Below are positions 62,900-64,000 of a stretch of 64,000 nt of DNA, piece after piece; position 1 is the first letter of the stretch, and each line of letters opens with the position of its first letter. Source of the stretch: an uncultured bacterium (lineage in GTDB: Bacteria > UBA8481); the NCBI GenBank assembly GCA_964499705.1, contig CAZCME010000003.1, forward strand, positions 1 to 64,000, in the 5' to 3' direction. The translations under genes were made by a program, and so were the position numbers. The notes under the pieces were generated by a model that had not been told where the DNA came from, ran no database searches, and saw only the letters and a list, made by a program, of their open reading frames with translations.

Positions 62900-64000
62900 C
62901 TACTCGTCCTCGCCGTATTTCAACCGTAGAGATTCCACCACGCCTGAATCCGCGAGCGTCGTGACGTCGCCGAGAGCCCGGCCTTCGGCGATGTCCCGGA
63001 GAAGCCGACGCATGATCTTGCCGGAGCGGGTTTTCGGGAGATCCGCGGCGAAGAGAACTTTCTCCGGCTTGGCGAAGGCGCCGATCTTCTCGCCGATCCA
63101 GTCACGTAGTGCCGCGGCGAGTTCCGGCGTGGGCTTCTGCCCGTCCTTGGGGGTCACGAATCCCACCAGGGCGTGGCCCTTGATCTCGTGCGCGATGGCG
63201 ATGACGGCGGCTTCGGCGACGGATTGGTGCTCCACGAAGGCGCTTTCCAGCTCGGCCGTGCCGATCCGGTGACCCGCGACGTTCACGACGTCGTCGACGC
63301 GGCCGACGATCCAGAAGCAACCGTCCTTGTCGCGGATGGCGCCGTCGCCGGGGAAATAATATTGTCCGTCCCACTTCGACCAGTAGGTCTTGACGTACCG
63401 ATCCTGGTCGCCCCAGATGCCGCGCATCATCGCGGGCCAAGGCTTCCGGATCGCGAGGATGCCTCCGCCCTCCGCGATCTCATTGCCGGCCTCGTCGAGA
63501 ATCGCGGCGTCGATTCCATAGAAGGGATGAGTGGCGGAGCCGGGCTTCGTGGTGGTGGCTCCGGGGAGCGGCGTGATGGAGATGGAACCGGTTTCCGTCT
63601 GCCACCATGTGTCGACGATCGGGCATCGGTTCGCTCCGATCGTCGAGCGGTACCACTGCCAGGCTTCCGGATTGATCGGCTCGCCGACGCTGCCGAGAAT
63701 CCGGAGCGACGAGAGATCGTGCTTTTCCGGCCACTTGTCGCCCCATTTCATGAAAGCGCGGATCGCCGTGGGCGCGGTGTAGAAGATCGTGACCTTGTGC
63801 TTGGCGACAATCTCCCAGAAGCGGTCGGATTGCGGGAAATTCGGAGCGCCCTCGTACAGAACCTGCGTGACGCCCCATTGCATCGGACCGTAGATGACGT
63901 AACTGTGGCCCGTGATCCAGCCGATATCAGCGGTGCACCAGAAGACATCGGTCGATCGGAGGTCGAAGACCTCGCGGGCGGAGACGCGCGTTCCGAGCAG
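62900..64000 (-). CDS. acs: Acetyl-CoA synthetase (5' part outside the window)
   Basis: WCTADIGWITGHSY, VGEPINPEAW, DTWWQTETG and PKTRSGKIMRR motifs. Confidence 0.96.
   Translation of the reverse strand: MLGTRVSAREVFDLRSTDVFWCTADIGWITGHSYVIYGPMQWGVTQVLYEGAPNFPQSDRFWEIVAKHKVTIFYTAPTAIRAFMKWGDKWPEKHDLSSLRILGSVGEPINPEAWQWYRSTIGANRCPIVDTWWQTETGSISITPLPGATTTKPGSATHPFYGIDAAILDEAGNEIAEGGGILAIRKPWPAMMRGIWGDQDRYVKTYWSKWDGQYYFPGDGAIRDKDGCFWIVGRVDDVVNVAGHRIGTAELESAFVEHQSVAEAAVIAIAHEIKGHALVGFVTPKDGQKPTPELAAALRDWIGEKIGAFAKPEKVLFAADLPKTRSGKIMRRLLRDIAEGRALGDVTTLADSGVVESLRLKYGEDE

Overview
GC-rich bacterial chromosomal window spanning the probable replication origin. The lineage is not assignable from this window alone, but the divergent core proteins suggest a deep-branching group. 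Left arm, + strand: an IS-like end, parS-parA-parB-tmk-yaaR-holB-metG-moaC-sORF-bioD, an HDOD/PP2C/STAS signalling module, tRNA-Thr, a truncated type III PKS (- strand) where tuf normally sits, then rpmG-tRNA-Trp-secE-nusG-rplKAJL-rpoBC, with a very large RpoC trigger-loop insertion. Middle: SDR, accessory ssb with a Tudor/CarD-like partner, formyltransferase, AMMECR1, DUF948/YtxH, a 19-aa Lys/Ala/Thr peptide, squalene-hopene cyclase, a candidate sRNA, and dnaA-dnaN-recF-gyrB-gyrA (- strand) with a DnaA-trio unwinding element between dnaA and dnaN. Right arm: SRAP, an oligopeptide-type ABC system plus neuB-like gene, then an accessory region and a partial acs. The accessory region holds a candidate tailed bacterial histone ending in a QxxLF clamp-binding-like motif, a ~1,640-aa exported protein with a Pol-beta-type nucleotidyltransferase motif coupled to a lectin-like partner, and a 1,772-aa triple-repeat beta-helix/FN3 surface protein. 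All calls come from reading the sequence; no searches were run.
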